Shown in pieces: positions 25,116 through 40,309 of a DNA stretch of 64,000 bases (positions are counted from its first letter, which is position 1; the number at the start of each line of letters is the position of its first letter). The notes under the pieces were generated by a model that saw only the letters and a list, made by a program, of their open reading frames with translations, was not told the origin of the DNA and made no database searches. Source of the stretch: Octopus vulgaris (lineage: Eukaryota); NCBI GenBank assembly GCA_951406725.2, contig OX597823.1, positions 107,074,001-107,138,000 on the forward strand, given 5' to 3'. The position numbers and the translations under genes were made by a program.

Positions 25116-26869
25116 TGTGTGTAAATGCTGACCAGAGCATAAGATCATGGAATCGCTAAACTATTGCTTGGGAAATTGGTCCCTTCTTTGCAATCCAATC
25201 ACACATTTCATTCATCAGCCCCGGCAAAGAGTGAACCGCAGTTTCCATTGCCTACACGCTAGCAATATCCTTTTGCTCGCTCTCCTTTGCGAAAAACAAA
25301 ACTGATGTCGAATCTTATCGCTTTGACTTTATTGCATTGTTCTTTTCTGCATCGGAAAGTATACTGTGATACCTGATAATTCCCTGCAAGAAACGACTTG
25401 CACACTGCCAAAATATGCCTTAGATTGTAAAACGTCTGCACTGCAGTGCCACTTACTCCACTGTCTAATAAATGGTCAGGTTTGAAGCAGATTGCAGAAC
25501 ACTCTAAAGAGGAATGGTTCATTTTTCATATTAAGCCCCACAATAACTTTCTCTTCTGAAATGTCTTTTTTACTAACCAACGCACATTGGCTTCTGAATT
25601 CGAGAGCCTTAGTCGCTACTTTTTTTCAATATGATAAATATTATTGTTACAATATCTCGCCTGTGTTTCCCATTCTGGCGAAATAAATATTTGTTCTGTA
25701 TATGCGTTGGTTTAACTTGTGTTCTACAATTCATCTGTTAACTTTTTTATTTCTAGGACAATGTATGCTACCTCAACAACTTGGGGCCAATGGGAACCCA
25801 CGTGATCACAAGACGTCATATAGCAGCAGACGTTTCTTACTTTCATCTCTTCTACTATTAAAGATAGTTTGAGTTTTACAGTAGCACAATACAGTCCAGC
25901 ATCTCTTCGCATTAAGAAAGACTAAACATTCTCTTATGAAACTGAAATTGTTGCATATTTTCTAGTAATCATTCTTTTCTATTTTTTGTATTTTTCCCTC
26001 TCCACTATGAAACTTGTATTTTAAGAAGGCCACAAAACGAGATAAATTACATGTTATGTAGGCATTCGTCATATCTGTATTTATATAGTTAATCGTCAAA
26101 ATACATTTTAAAAATGAATCCTGAAGTAGATAGCTACCAGGGTGCTCATTACACCTGTTTTAGAGACATAATGCCATGTTATAGTCAAAAGCAGCCAAGA
26201 TATCTTTTGGTAGTGGGGGCAGTCAGCTTCCCCCACTCCCACACTTTCTCTTGCTCTCTCTCCGTCTCTCTTTGCATCTTATATTTATGTGTAGCAATTT
26301 TTCGATGCTGTACATAATATATATCTTTGAGTTTAATATGTGTTTTGCTTCAGCGCCGTCGCCGAAATCGGTAGTCACAAAGAAAATCTATCAGGAAAAC
26401 GGGTTTCACAGTCAAACAGCCGTGCCAAATGGCAAGCGTTCAAAGTGCTCAGCCCAATTTTCCCATTCCTGCATCAGGATTCATTTATTTCATGCATTTT
26501 GAGGAGTAGCTATGTTAGCAGTGGCTTTTACATTCTTTTAAATTTTTCATGTACTCGGGTTAACTACCTTTGAGCATGAGGATGACGAATATCTTAGAAG
26601 TTCTTACAAACTTTAGCATCAGGTGATTTCGATGCCGCTATTATATTTATGGATAAATTTGCATTTTGGTAAAGTAAGTGATTAGTCTTCTTTTATGGTA
26701 AACTTATCTAGAGAAGCACAATTTTTGTCCCGGTGATAAAGTATTTTGATATACCTAGAATTGAAACTGTTTCTTGGTCAATTAAACTAAAGACACACAG
26801 ACATTTATACACGACTCCAGCTATCGACGTCAGAATTTATTTTTTCAATGTATTTTGACGAATGATTAT

Positions 26870-26902
26870 TACATATGCATGCATATATGTGTATGTGTGT
26901 GC

Positions 26903-26965
<63 letters not shown>

Positions 26966-27100
26966 TATACACATACGTATATATATATATACATACATAT
27001 ATATATATATATAATATATATATATATGTAAATATATATTTATATATATATATTTACATATATATATATGTATATATACACACATATATAAATATATACA
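26870..27100. repeat. (TA)n-rich microsatellite
   Basis: Direct reading. Confidence 0.97.
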
Positions 27101-28029
27101 CGTGCGTGCTTGAGGGCGCGGTTATAAATCCATAACTTCATCTATATTGATATTTATACAATTCGTTAGAATTAATGAAATGAACCATTTGTATACTTAT
27201 TTGCACAAATTCCGTTCAGTATATATTTTTTGTAATCATTTTCAAGTATTATACTAAAAAAAAGTAGACATCTTTACACCTGAATAATCCCATTGAATAT
27301 ACTGCCTGATAATGACCGTTGAATATATGGTGTGATTGGCGTAAAGTCAATAAAAATTAACACAAGACGCGTGGGGCTTCATTCATCTTAGTCACCGCCA
27401 CTCACACCACTTAGTGGTAAATATTTTTGATTGAATATCTATAAATAAGTGAATGAAAACAAAAGAAAATATTTCTTTACATATGAATTCAGTATTGGAA
27501 TTCATCACTTTCACTGTTAGCTATTATACACGGGAATATTTTATGTAAATGAACATCGTATGGCTTGGGTGGTATAGAAATTTGCATTGCAACCATATGC
27601 TACTGGGTTCGATATCTCTACGTGGCAGTTCGATAGTATACCTTCTAGTATAGTCTTCAGTGAGCCAAAGCCTTGTGAGAGCAATTTCGACGACGGAAAC
27701 TGAGTGAGGGAATATGTGTATTTGTGTGTGTGTATGTGTGTGAATATATGTGTGTATGTATACATGCATGCATGTATGTATGTATAAACTGTACCAAAGA
27801 TTTAAAAGTGAATAGCAAAATATCAAAAAAATATTTTTTAAAAAGAGTAATCTATGCAACACTGCAGAACAACAAAACTACAGAACATATGTCAGAACTG
27901 AACCTGTTGCACAAAGATAAACAAACACAACACTGAAAGACTACAAACCAGACTTTGTGAGCACCCCAAGCGCCTGCTAATAAAAACCCGCGGGTGCAGC
28001 ACTAGATATATTAAGCGAAAAAGTTATGG

Positions 28030-28870
28030 CAAACATCAGCTTCAGAAACAGGACTTGCTGAATGGAGCAACATTACATTTAACAAAGATTATTTCGACCA
28101 CATAAAAGACAAAAGGTCTCATAAATTCATACTATTTCACGTCACTGACTTTGAACTGTGTATCGAAAAATATTTCTTATCAAAACGATCAGACTTCATC
28201 AAGAAATTGTACTCAACACCTGAGATGTGGCCACCATTATGCATGCAATAGAATCCGTCCTATTCCATAATTCAACCTGAGTAACATAAGAAATTAGGAG
28301 AAGTCTTTCAAGTGGCCATGAGATGCTACGACTGCAGAACTAGTAGGACTATTAACTTGTATTAAGGCGGAGAGCTGGCAGAATCGTTAAGCACGTTAGT
28401 TGAAATGCTTAGAGGTACTTCGTATGTCGCTCCATTCTGAGTTCAAACTCCACTGACGTTGACTTTCCCTTTCATCCTTTCGGGGTTGATAAAATAAGAA
28501 CCAGTTGAAAACTGGCGTCGATATAATCGACTCACCCCTTCCCTAAAACTGCTGCCCTTGTGGCAAAATTTGAAACCATTATTTATTACCTTGTATCGAA
28601 TAAGCAAAATATCCAATAAATCAAACATAGGCTTTTATAGGACAATGGCCTAGCTATCTTCCAAAAGGAATATATATAAACTTGTCAAATACAGGAAAAT
28701 ATTTTTAAAGAAGTTTACATAAAAATAACAACAGGCACCAAACTGTACTAAACTAATTTGAACACTGGGAAGCGACATCTCTAGAAGAAAAAAAGCAATC
28801 GAGGTACTTTTATATATAAATATACACACAAATCACCCATCATCAAGTTGTAACATATCTCGCCTGAAGA
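28030..28870 (+). mobile_element. Penelope-like reverse transcriptase fragment, highly degenerate, interrupted by a SINE-A
   Basis: Pieces KFILFHVTDF (cf. FIQFDI.DFYPSI), IMHAIESVLFHNST*V (cf. I.HARKS.LF), FQVAMRCYD..ELVGL (cf. FDV.MG.YDGAE..ELVGL) and, after the SINE, NIG.YR(D)NGLAIF (cf. GLYRDDGL). Confidence 0.65.
28364..28585 (+). mobile_element. SINE-A copy (tail type 2)
   Basis: AAGGCGGAGAGCTGGCAGAATCG head, B-box, CCTTTCATCCTTTCGGGG core. Confidence 0.88.
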
Positions 28871-31175
28871 TCGCAGTGGCGTGAAACTCAAGTCACTAGA
28901 TAAAAGTTCAGCTTCAATAAATTGTGTGTGTGTGTGTGCGTGTCTCCGTGCGCGCGCGCGTGTGTGTGCGTGCGTGTCTGTGTGTTCATTCATCGCTAAA
29001 ATACGTAGCACATATAGTACTGGAAACCTTATAATCGACTAAATCTCTGAATGCAAGGCCCCAGAGGTGGAGTAGCTAAAAGAATGAAAAATGAAATACC
29101 TATTACTGCTTACCTATTTATTTCTATCCTTGTTGAACTGATCTGATGTTTCGTATAATTTAAAACTTGGTCAACATATACCCAAATAAATAACAAAGAA
29201 AACAACAAAGAAAAAGAAAAAAGAAAAACATTTTAAAAAATGGGCAAAAATAAAGTAACACAGTTTTCATTTTGCTACGTCATAATAATAGATAAAATAT
29301 TTTGACTTTCCAGCTTCAGTGGTTTCTGAGATAGCAGAGCGGACACTGTTATCAATCAAGCAAAGAATCTGGATAAAGAATTTTGTAAAAATGTTTTTGG
29401 TTTCAGGATATATTCCCTTTTCAGCTGTGGTAGCAGTGGTGTGGCTCTATGATAATTTGTTTTGTTGTTTATCTTTTTGTATATTCATATTGTTTGGTCA
29501 TTTGTTATTATTCTAGAAATAACTCATCCCAGGAATATAAATACGTAAACGTTCCTCTCTCATCTCCAAACACCCACAATTTGTTTCAATCATTTCAGGA
29601 TATAATTTAATACATGTATGCTATCCCTAATACTTTCGACATTTATCACTACTAACCCTTATCATACTTCTAACTTTTTGCTCACTCACAGAGTTCATCT
29701 CTCTCTCTCTCTCCTTTCCTCCTTCACTCTTTCTCTCTCTCTCTTTCTCTCCCTCCCTCCCTCTCTAATTCATTAAATCTCTTGTTTTCCTGTTATTGAT
29801 TGTATGTTATTTTTCTCCCCATTTATTTCCTCATTTCCGAGATCCTTCTCTGCCCCACATCTCTCTCACCTTCTCTCTCTCTCTCTCTCCCTCTCTCTCT
29901 ATCTCTATCTATCTATCTATCTATCTGTCTGTCCCTATCCCTCCATCTGCGCACACACTTTCATGGCACTCTCACATATGCAGGCATCTGACATTATGAC
30001 TGGATTAATTAAAGAGTATTACTATAGTGCAGGTAATGATATCGCCAGACACTAAGTGAAAAGCATACTACAGCCAACATGAATATATTGTTTTTATATG
30101 TAGACTCAACTTATATATACCATCCATCTTAATTATTCGCCCAGTTTATTCATGAACGTCAGTTAAGAATCACATTTCTCTTTAAATATCTTGACCCACA
30201 GCGTGAACGTCTAGCAAAGCATTAAAACATATACTTATGTATAAATAGATAATAAGGTGGCTCAAGCGTTTAAAAAAATTGAGAACTTTCCAATTTTTCA
30301 AATATTGGTGATCTACATAAGCAAGTAAAGGATTAAAGTTACCAGATTTCATTGGCTAATTTCGTGTGCCAATGAATTTCCACTGGAATTCTACCATCAG
30401 GTCACAGACGTTGCAAATTCCTGTACAAAGTTGAAATTGCTCTAACGTAATATATTTTCCATTCTTGATCAGTTCGTAACTAATTCAATGCACCTGAATA
30501 TTTCTTAAACTTTTCCATTCTAGTAGAATAATCTTAGAAATAATCTAATTCTATACTTCAAACGTCTTAGTCCGAGATGAAAGAGAGTCTCCCATGCTTT
30601 AAGATCTTGTCAACTCACATCACACTCTTCTGTCTGGAGCCCTTTCTGCCCTGTTCATCCAATTTCCTTCCAAAACCTCTTTCATCAGCGTTCTTACTTA
30701 CTTTCCACCTCCTCCCTACTCAGATTGCAATTTGAAAGCTTGCATTACAAGACTTCTTTGCCATCTGCATACAACGTACCTTGATTTACATCACGAAAAT
30801 TTAACAAAAAGCATTTACATATTTGAACCTAACCAACTCCCCCACAGAAGCATTAGTTATGTTAACCCTTATCACGCTCCTCAAAGCTTTATGCTCAAAA
30901 GCTAGAAAATTCTTATTTGTAGTTGCTGTGCTTTTACCAAGATGAACGCCTGTAGGTGAAATTATTTTGAACAGGAGCAATAGTACATTTTATTTGAAAT
31001 CTATACTGGTTCACATTGTTTGGTGGACCTTGTGTAGCCCCACTTGAAATTTCATATGAAGGGATACAATTGTGCCTACTTAAATATCAACGTCTGTTTA
31101 TGAATGTATACCTGTGTGCATGGATGTATGTACGTGTACATGTAGTGTGCATGCATTTGTATTTATAAATGAATA

Positions 31176-31212
<37 letters not shown>

Positions 31213-31629
31213 CGTGTACCATAAAATAACTGTGCAGAGATGTTCAGAAAACGATATCAATTCGAAAGTAAAATTTGCGATGTCATATCACATAATTGTT
31301 AAATAGCTTAGTCACGTTACGTGTGGTTTAAATTCCTAACGCGAAGACACTGCCTTATGTATATGTACGCATGTAAGTATGAATGCATATATATTTGTAA
31401 ACATAAAGGCATAACTACAGGCAGACACTCGTACCAACACACATATACATGCACACATACACACACGTACACACACGCACACAACATAGATGTAACATAT
31501 ATAATTTAATCGAAACTGATACGTCCATTTTGATATGCGTTTCCTGGTAAGTATTTTTAGAAATATATTGTGAATAAGTTCAGATATGCACGTGTGGTAG
31601 GTGCACATGCAGCCTGGCAATGTAAAAAA

Positions 31630-32200
31630 AATTATATATACTTAATTATACATGTATACATACGTGTGTGTGTGTGCATGCAGTGTGTGTGTGTATGAGT
31701 GCGTGTGCACGTGCGGGTGTGTGTGTCTGTGTGCTGAGTGTATGAGTGTATGCAAATAAATATATGTGTGTGTATATATGTATGTATATATATATATATA
31801 TATATATATAAAAACAGACAGACATTTATATGTGTATATGTGTGTCGCTTTGTGTGCGTGCGTATGTATATATATATACATACATACGTACATATATACA
31901 TACATACATATACATATATTTATAAAGATATATCATTTACATATTTCAATATTTATTATTTTTAAATGTTTATGTAAATAAATAACCATGTATATCTATG
32001 CATATACATATATACATGGATATATACATACATAAATATACATATATATATACACATATATATATATAATATATGTATGTATGTATGCATTTATGTATGT
32101 ATGTATGTATGTATAAGATGTATGCATAGATATATAAATATACACTCATAGATACATACATGTATATGTTTATACATAAACATTTATAAATTATAAACAT
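31630..32200. repeat. Mixed (TG)n/(TA)n/(TATG)n microsatellite field
   Basis: Direct reading. Confidence 0.9.
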
Positions 32201-32652
32201 CAAAAATATGTAAATAATCAATCTTTACAGATATATGCAGAGATACAGGCTCACGTACAGATAGCATCTAAACATGTGACATGATCATGTAAAAAGCAAT
32301 TTTTAATGCTTTTGACCTTCCATGGTTAATTTAACAAAATGATTTTTTTTTATCCTGCTGCTTTTACCCTGGAAAAAAATTCCTAATTTTGTGTACTTTT
32401 TTTTTTCGTGTATCGAATGAAAATATTCACAAAAATCTCACAACTTAATCATTTAAAATTTTGGTATATCTGACATGCTAATATTCGTGATTTCTCAGAG
32501 TTCAGGTGATAACGATGTTAAAATTGGCAACAGTAAGTTCCAAGTGATATTATGTTATATCTGGTGAATTGTCATCGTATATACATGACTAAATTAAAGA
32601 CATGTGAATCAGAGTGAAAGCATATTAATGTGGATGTACGGCCATGTTAAGG

Positions 32653-32696
<44 letters not shown>

Positions 32697-32728
32697 TATA
32701 TATGTATGTAATGATTTTATATACACAC

Positions 32729-32769
<41 letters not shown>

Positions 32770-32929
32770 TACATACAAGCGCAAGCGTGTCCGCGTGGTA
32801 AGTTTGCTTCCCAATCGCGTGGTACCTTGGGAAAGTCTTATACTAGAGTCTCGGGCCGACCAAAGCTTTGGGAATGGATTTCACTGACGGAAACTGAAAG
32901 AAGCCTGCCCGATATATTATGAAGATATC

Positions 32930-33650
32930 GCTTAGTCACACTTTCTCCAGCGTTCCATAACGTAGTGCTCATAACTGTTGAACCTGACAAGTTTGTAGGC
33001 CACACGCTTGGGGTTGTTTGATCCTAAAGGTTGTCCGGCGTCCTTTCTCGAGTTATATGGACTTTGTAAGAAGGTTCTTAGATGTGTTGAAATACGTATG
33101 GCATTCTACTGCATACTTCGTTGATCCAGGGCTTACCAATTTTCTCCAACAACTCAACGGATCCAGCAGCATTAATTCTGAAACCCCATGGAAAGATGTG
33201 AAGCGGTATGACACGACCTACTTTGCTTGCTTCTCCTAAAACTAACACAGTTGTAGGAAATCTAGGGTGTCAGATGGATCTGCCATTAACCCTGTTAGAT
33301 ATTTGGTCTTAGTCGAAGTTTTTCCCTTAGTCGTAGAACATGTCATGTTCTTAAAGATTTAACCTTAGTAGCTCCTACGCACAGTTCAAACGGTTTTCCT
33401 GTGTCTTTTCAGATATGAATTCTCCTTTCCTTAGCAAAATGACTGGCAACGAATGTCCTCGTACACCACAATTTTGATAATCCACATTGATACCTGATGT
33501 TCTTCGGCAATATATCTCGTTTAATTTCCTGGATTAATATCGATATTGCTTTGAACCTGTGGATTAATTGCGGTGCCTTTAGAACATTTAGAATGTATTG
33601 TTTTTTTTCTCTCTTTGATACAATTAAAACATTCCTGCTAGAGTCTTGCA
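32930..33650 (-). pseudogene. maT/DD37D-like Tc1-mariner transposase relic
   Basis: Minus strand reads GEFISEKTQENRL.., KNFD*DQ (cf. SDEKNFDQDQ), FPTTVLVLGEASKVGRVIPLHIFPWGFRINAAGSVELLEKIGKPWINEVCSRMPYVFQ, then a VWPTN..-like motif; this pattern is typical of DD37D transposases. Confidence 0.75.
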
Positions 33651-33904
33651 ATTCCATCCAAAACTTCGTGTACAAAACAACTTTGTAACATTAAGGAAGT
33701 TAGCAATTTGTGAATCGTTATATTCCACAGATATGGCATCAATGACTTCGTGGTTTTTGTTGGGTTTTTTTCATTTCTTGTGTTAGCATTTTATTTATCA
33801 TGAAGGACAGGATTTGATTTGAAGCGAGTAATATAATGATAATTAAGTGTGCTCAAATATCCCTCAGATATTGTATATATGTATACGTAAATACATACAT
33901 ACAT

Positions 33905-33966
<62 letters not shown>

Positions 33967-34019
33967 GTATATATATGCATGCATATATATACATATATAT
34001 AACACACACATATACACAT

Positions 34020-34073
<54 letters not shown>

Positions 34074-34154
34074 TTATGTATGTATTCATGTATGTATATG
34101 TATATATATATCTATCTATACGTATATATGCATATATCTATATATGTATACATA

Positions 34155-34350
34155 TTACGGAGATGAAATTGCATAGCAAGTGACCTGATCTGAGATCGTG
34201 TGCTGGAACGAAAACAATTGCAGCGTGGAAGGTGTTTATAAGCCATCTAAAAAACACACAAAAGCCATTAGATTCACTTCAACATTTAAATTTAAATTTG
34301 TCAGAATATTTTCGTCGCTTTGAGACCGCGACCTGGTCACAAGCAAAATA
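34155..34350. mobile_element. Short interspersed repeat in a (TA)n context, Penelope-pLTR-like
   Basis: Unique ~200 bp block bounded by TA tracts, with a GTCGC/GCGAC stem next to TTTTCG. Confidence 0.35.
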
Positions 34351-35732
34351 TACTTATATATATTTTTAAAAATTACAGTGTTCGAGAGAACCAGGTATTT
34401 AAATAGCCAAATCATTGATGTATGGTCGGTGATAGCGCGCTATCATGTACAATGAATAATGACTTGTTCTCCAGTTATGCATACATTCACAATTGACTGA
34501 CTGAATATACAATGAATCACCAAGGTCACGCATGGATACACTCACTGCACCTACTGCACCGCTCAGGTAGGTGAACGATACACAATAACGACGGATGGAT
34601 TGTTGTTCGCTGTAGCTGTTTCAGACGTGTTTTTTAGTAACGAGCAGAATTATTATATCATGCAAAAAAATAATTTTTAGTCGATGAATACAGGTAAGAA
34701 TTAACAATTACATCTTCTCAAGAACAAGTACGGTGTTTTGCATGATGTAACATTTCTGTTCATCACCAAAAATACATCTGAAAACAGTGACCCACAATCC
34801 ATCTGTTATTATTGTTTATATATGTGTGTATATTTATGATGTATGTGTATATATATGAAGATATGTGTGTGTGCATGTGTGTGCATTGTGTGTATGTGTG
34901 TGTGTGTGCGTGTGAGAGTGCATGTGTGTGAATGTGTGTGTGCGCGCGTGCGCGTGCATGTGTGTAAAAAAGGTTAGTTAAAATACGTTTGTGAATATAT
35001 TTCAACTGCTAAAATGTAAAATCCCTGCAGTTACCGTGGAGAAGAATTCGTTCTTATGGTAAGAAGGTGTAAACACACCATATCTGCCCAGGGTCACCAC
35101 CTATCGGATTCCCAGACATCGACATGTCTAGCTTTTTAGTCGTTATCAATGGTAAATACCTAAGAGAGGCAACTCTGGACAGACCTTATTAAAGGCATAG
35201 CTTTAACTATAATAAAGTCAACAACCATTGCGGGTGAACATTTGGTGAGCATTTGAAGATAGTCTAAGCGGTGGAGAAGAGAAACTAAAACGAGAGAATA
35301 AATATCGTTTTGCTATTTTATATTGCTTCTTCTCCTTGGGAAGAATGACATTTCCAGTGTCGCTATTATTAGAAACAAATGTCTTCTCTCTTGACGATTC
35401 CTGAAATGTTATTTTAGCCAAAAGGGCTTCAATTAAACAATGCATTCTTTGAAACATTTCCTCACTTGAACGTACAATTTTCAATGAAATTACGGTGCAC
35501 AAGAATTACGAAGCACAAAAATTACGGTGCAGACTGAATTATAATGGCATGTTGATATAGATATGTGACAGTGTCAACATATATATACTCAGGTAAGCAC
35601 GCATATTTCTATGTATCTATGCACATATATTTATATATATACATACATTATACATGAATACGTATATAGATACATACATACATGCATGCATACATACATA
35701 CCTAAGTATACCTTCAAACATAAGTATACATT

Positions 35733-35775
<43 letters not shown>

Positions 35776-35884
35776 GTATGTATACAAATATGTGCATACA
35801 TATATAAATGTGTGTATGTATGTACATGCACATATATTGCATACACATGCTCACACACTGACACACACACACACAAACTTATAT

Positions 35885-35915
<31 letters not shown>

Positions 35916-35953
35916 TTCAATATATATATATATGTATGCAATATATGTGCATG

Positions 35954-36025
<72 letters not shown>

Positions 36026-36899
36026 GATATATATATATGTTTATATATACGTATCATTATATGTGTGTACGTATAACACATAAATAATACAGAAAGTGAT
36101 GCGGGCGGGCGAAGGGAGAATAGTTTTGAAAATAAACCGGAAATGAGGTTGTAGGCCTCGTGCTAAAGGTCGTTTAGAAACGAGGCGGCTGCTATGGACA
36201 CTGGGACAGGAAAGAATTTCGACGAACATATAAAGTTAGTTAAGTTATTGGTCAAGCTTGGATAAAGGGGTTGGAGTTTGGTATAGGGACTGGAAGATGG
36301 CTAAACAATAAAACATTCAATGTAATTTCTTAATCCATCCATTTTTTCTGGGTATTTTATTTCATTTTTATTCACTTATTGTTTATTTATTTTACGTCCA
36401 TTTATTTATTTATAGTTATTTTTCATTGCATCTCTTCCATTGCTTTTGCTATTGTTGTTGTTGTTAGTGGTGGTGTTGTTCCGGCTTTTGTTTTTGTTAA
36501 TATTTTGTTTCTGTGGAGACAGCTTTTGTTCTATTAGTGATTCCATACGAAGAGTGGACGGACCTAATCCAGTGATAATAAATTGCTCACCAGACACACT
36601 ATTATTTTTATACACAATCATAAAGAGATATAGGGATTCACGCACATCAATATAAACAGACTTATATATACATATACACACACATATATATATATATATG
36701 TGTATGTGTGTGTATGTGTGTGTGTGTGTGTGTGTATGTGTGTGCGTCATTTTGTATATATAAATATATCAATATATATGTTATGTATGTGTGTGTGTAT
36801 ATATATATATATACATACATATATATGTGTGTATGTGTAAGTATATGTATGTTTTATATAATTGCGCGCATATATGTATATATATATATATATATATAC

Positions 36900-36932
<33 letters not shown>

Positions 36933-38533
36933 TGTATGTATATCCCAGCTTCTCCTCCGGCAGCTGCCCCACGAGAACATTCCTGACTAAGTAACCCCTT
37001 CTTCGCTTGATTCCTCTTCCTCTGACTGATTGCTTTCACATTCGCTCTCAACCTCACGCCTCCTCTTCTCCTAACCTCTCTTCTACGACCCCCCACCCCC
37101 ACACACCACTCACTTCAATCTCGTAATCTAAATCATCCTTCTACACCCTCCACCTCACTCACAAATCACATATTTCTCCGCTGCTTTGCTTCTAGTTTCT
37201 CTCCGCCAAGCTCAAAATATTGCCATCACCTCCACTCACTGGAAAGTATTTCTGACCACTTCTTTAAACTTCATTATATTTATTTATTTATATATTTGTT
37301 TAACCCTTCTTCCCACCCCACAAATATTGGATGAAAAATAGTTTTGAGAACGTTCACCCTCACCGCCTCATCACCAAAATAAAAGGTCGAATTTCACTCC
37401 CAGCTTTATGTTTCTGTCTCCACGCACATACACGGCCATATTTTTACACACAGATATATGTTTATAACAATATCTTTTTTTTTTTGTTCGCATGATTTTC
37501 TCATATTCAGGTAGATTCCTATTGTGTGGAATATTCTCATACACTCGAATATATGATGGATTCCTCGTCGGTCACAAGGATGAACATTCACAATTGGCTC
37601 AAATAACTGATTTTCTAATCGTGAAATTAATGTGCGAGAGGCTGGGTATTCCACAGATACATGTATCTCTAAAATAATGACCGAATTTAGGGTGATATTG
37701 AGATGACAATGGGCTGTGAATAGCAGGTATATTTCAATTAGAGAGAAAGAGAGAATGTGTATGTGTGCGTATGAGAGAGAGAGGAGAGATACAGAGAGGG
37801 AGAGGGAGAGAGATAGAGAGAGGGATCAACTCCAGTACTGGACCTGTACTCTATCCTCCTCGAAATGAGGAAGAGCAAAGTTTACCTCGGTGAGATTTGA
37901 ACCTGCAGTACAGAAAACAGAAGCAAATATCGGAAAGCATTTCGTCTGCCACTCCGTTATGCCAATTTGCTGCCTTTTTTAATGCATACAGCTCATACAT
38001 ATACACTCTTTTACACACATAGTGATGTATACTTGCAAATATACTTGCACATATCTATTGAAATGGTCGTTTGGGAATGTTTTTTTATAAAATGACTCTT
38101 TCAATGAGACTAACAGAGAAAGTGGGTTGTGTTGACTAAACAACAGCAAAATAATAATAGCAACAACAAAAAGTGATAACTACTCTAGGCAAGATAACAC
38201 CTTTCGTTTCAGCATCCATTTAGCACTACATAAGAAGATGTTTAATACATTCTGATATCTATGTATGTATATTCCTCACACTTTTCTCAAGACACATAAA
38301 CTTACACATTCAAAAATACGCATCCACAGATACAAATATACATTCACATACAAAGATATATGTTTGTGTGCGAGAATTTATATATTAATGCATAACTGTA
38401 AAAATCTATACATTTTTCGCCTTTCTCCCTCTCCCTCGCTCCCCCTCTCTCCCTATATATATTTATAAATATATATACTTTCATACATATATACATACAC
38501 ATACAACACATACATACATATATTTATATATAA

Positions 38534-38608
<75 letters not shown>

Positions 38609-39397
38609 GGCAGGCTGAACAAGTATATTTCGTCACCAACTTGTGGGTTATGAATTTATTCTGCTATTTTAACCCCCAAAAGACCCGAGCTTAACAGAAC
38701 TAACGATATATTTGTAAGAGCCTATATACATTCTAATGTATGTGCATTTTTAAAGCTCTTTAGAATATATAAATTATAGAATATGAATATGTTTGAATAT
38801 GTTTATAAATATTTTACACTTTGAGTTAAGGATAAGCTTTAAATATTTTTGACAACTTTTTAACTCAAGAGAGATACACATATGCCTAATAACTACACAC
38901 GATTGCGCGCACGCACAAATACGCAAATCTTGTATCTCCGTATGTCAATAAGATAACTGCAAATTTTATTCTTGCACAAATGTCTAAAATTAAGATAAAA
39001 AGAGAAAAAGATGGTGAAATTTAAATCTGTTTAAAAAGACATTAGAATATGTAAATGGAGTTAGTATAATTAACTAACAATGCTGGATAAATATACTTTT
39101 CAATAGAACTTAATATTGTTTCGTAATAATATCGATTGATTCTTTGTTAGATCAACGTAGAGTGAAAACACTTTCTCTGTTAGTTTGGGACTTTGAAGCA
39201 TTCCTGAGTAGAAATTATTCCGATCAAAATTACGGAGTAGAATCGGCTCATTGGGAAAACGTCTTCTACGAGTATGATAACCAACACAGCTAATATAGTA
39301 AGACTGATTTATAAGGCAAATGATTGGTATAATTGATATCACGTCGCACCAGATACCAAGTAATGTCACTTTACGTGCTGGTTCAAATCCCACCGAC

Positions 39398-39605
39398 TCT
39401 TTTACTTGTTTCAGTCATTTGGACTGTGGCCATACTGGAGCACCGTCTTTAGTCGAGCAAATCGACCCCAGGACTTATTCTTTGGATGCCTAGTACTTAT
39501 TCTATCGGCCTCTTTAGCCGAACCGCTATTTTACAGAGACGTAAACACACCAGCATCGGTTGTCAATCGATATTGGGGGACAAACACAGACACACAAACA
39601 TATAC

Positions 39606-39668
<63 letters not shown>

Positions 39669-39817
39669 CATGACGGGCTTCTTTCAGTTTCCATTTGCCA
39701 AATCCACTCACAAGATTTTGGTCGGCCCGGGCTATAGTAGAAGATATTTGCCCATGGTGCCACGCAGTGGGACTGAACCCGGAACCATGTGGTTGGTAAA
39801 CAAGCTACTTACCACAG
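39398..39817 (-). mobile_element. SINE-C near full-length with internal (TA)n
   Basis: Reverse complement: TGTGGTAAGTAGCTTG A-box region, GGGTTCAGTCCCACTGCGTGGCACC B-box, internal microsatellite, 3' end TGACTGAAACAAGTAAAAGA (also at 46-62). Confidence 0.88.
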
Positions 39818-40244
39818 TCAAATTTGATAAAATAAATAACTGTTAAATACTGGAGTTGATACAATGGACTGTTCTAATGACTCAAAATGTATGGTCTGTT
39901 GCCAATCTAGAAATCAGCATTTATAATATTCACTGATACTATATCCCACATTTAAAAGGATGAAAAATAAAGCTGACGAAATTGTTCTTTCTATATGTAA
40001 GATAGTTAGCATTTCAGTTTGAAGGGGCAAAAAGTACACTTCACTCTAAGTAGACTTGGACTCAAAACTTAGCGAACTAAATCGAATTAAATACAATACT
40101 CAACGGAATTTCTTCATTTATTTACTCTGACACTCGACCATTTCTAACAATCCGAAGCCATTTCATGTGAGTGTGGGGGGTGTACACATGCATTTATATG
40201 TATACATCTGTATATACATACACACATACATGCATATATGTATA

Positions 40245-40309
<65 letters not shown>

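Noticed and set aside
25170-25195. TTGGTCCCTTC similarity to miR-133
   Set aside because: Only a short partial match and no precursor hairpin; no conserved miRNA was recognised by eye in the window.
35020-35065. Possible 28-nt microexon (CTGCAG|...ATG|GTAAGA)
   Set aside because: Weak polypyrimidine tract, not frame-preserving, and expected by chance.
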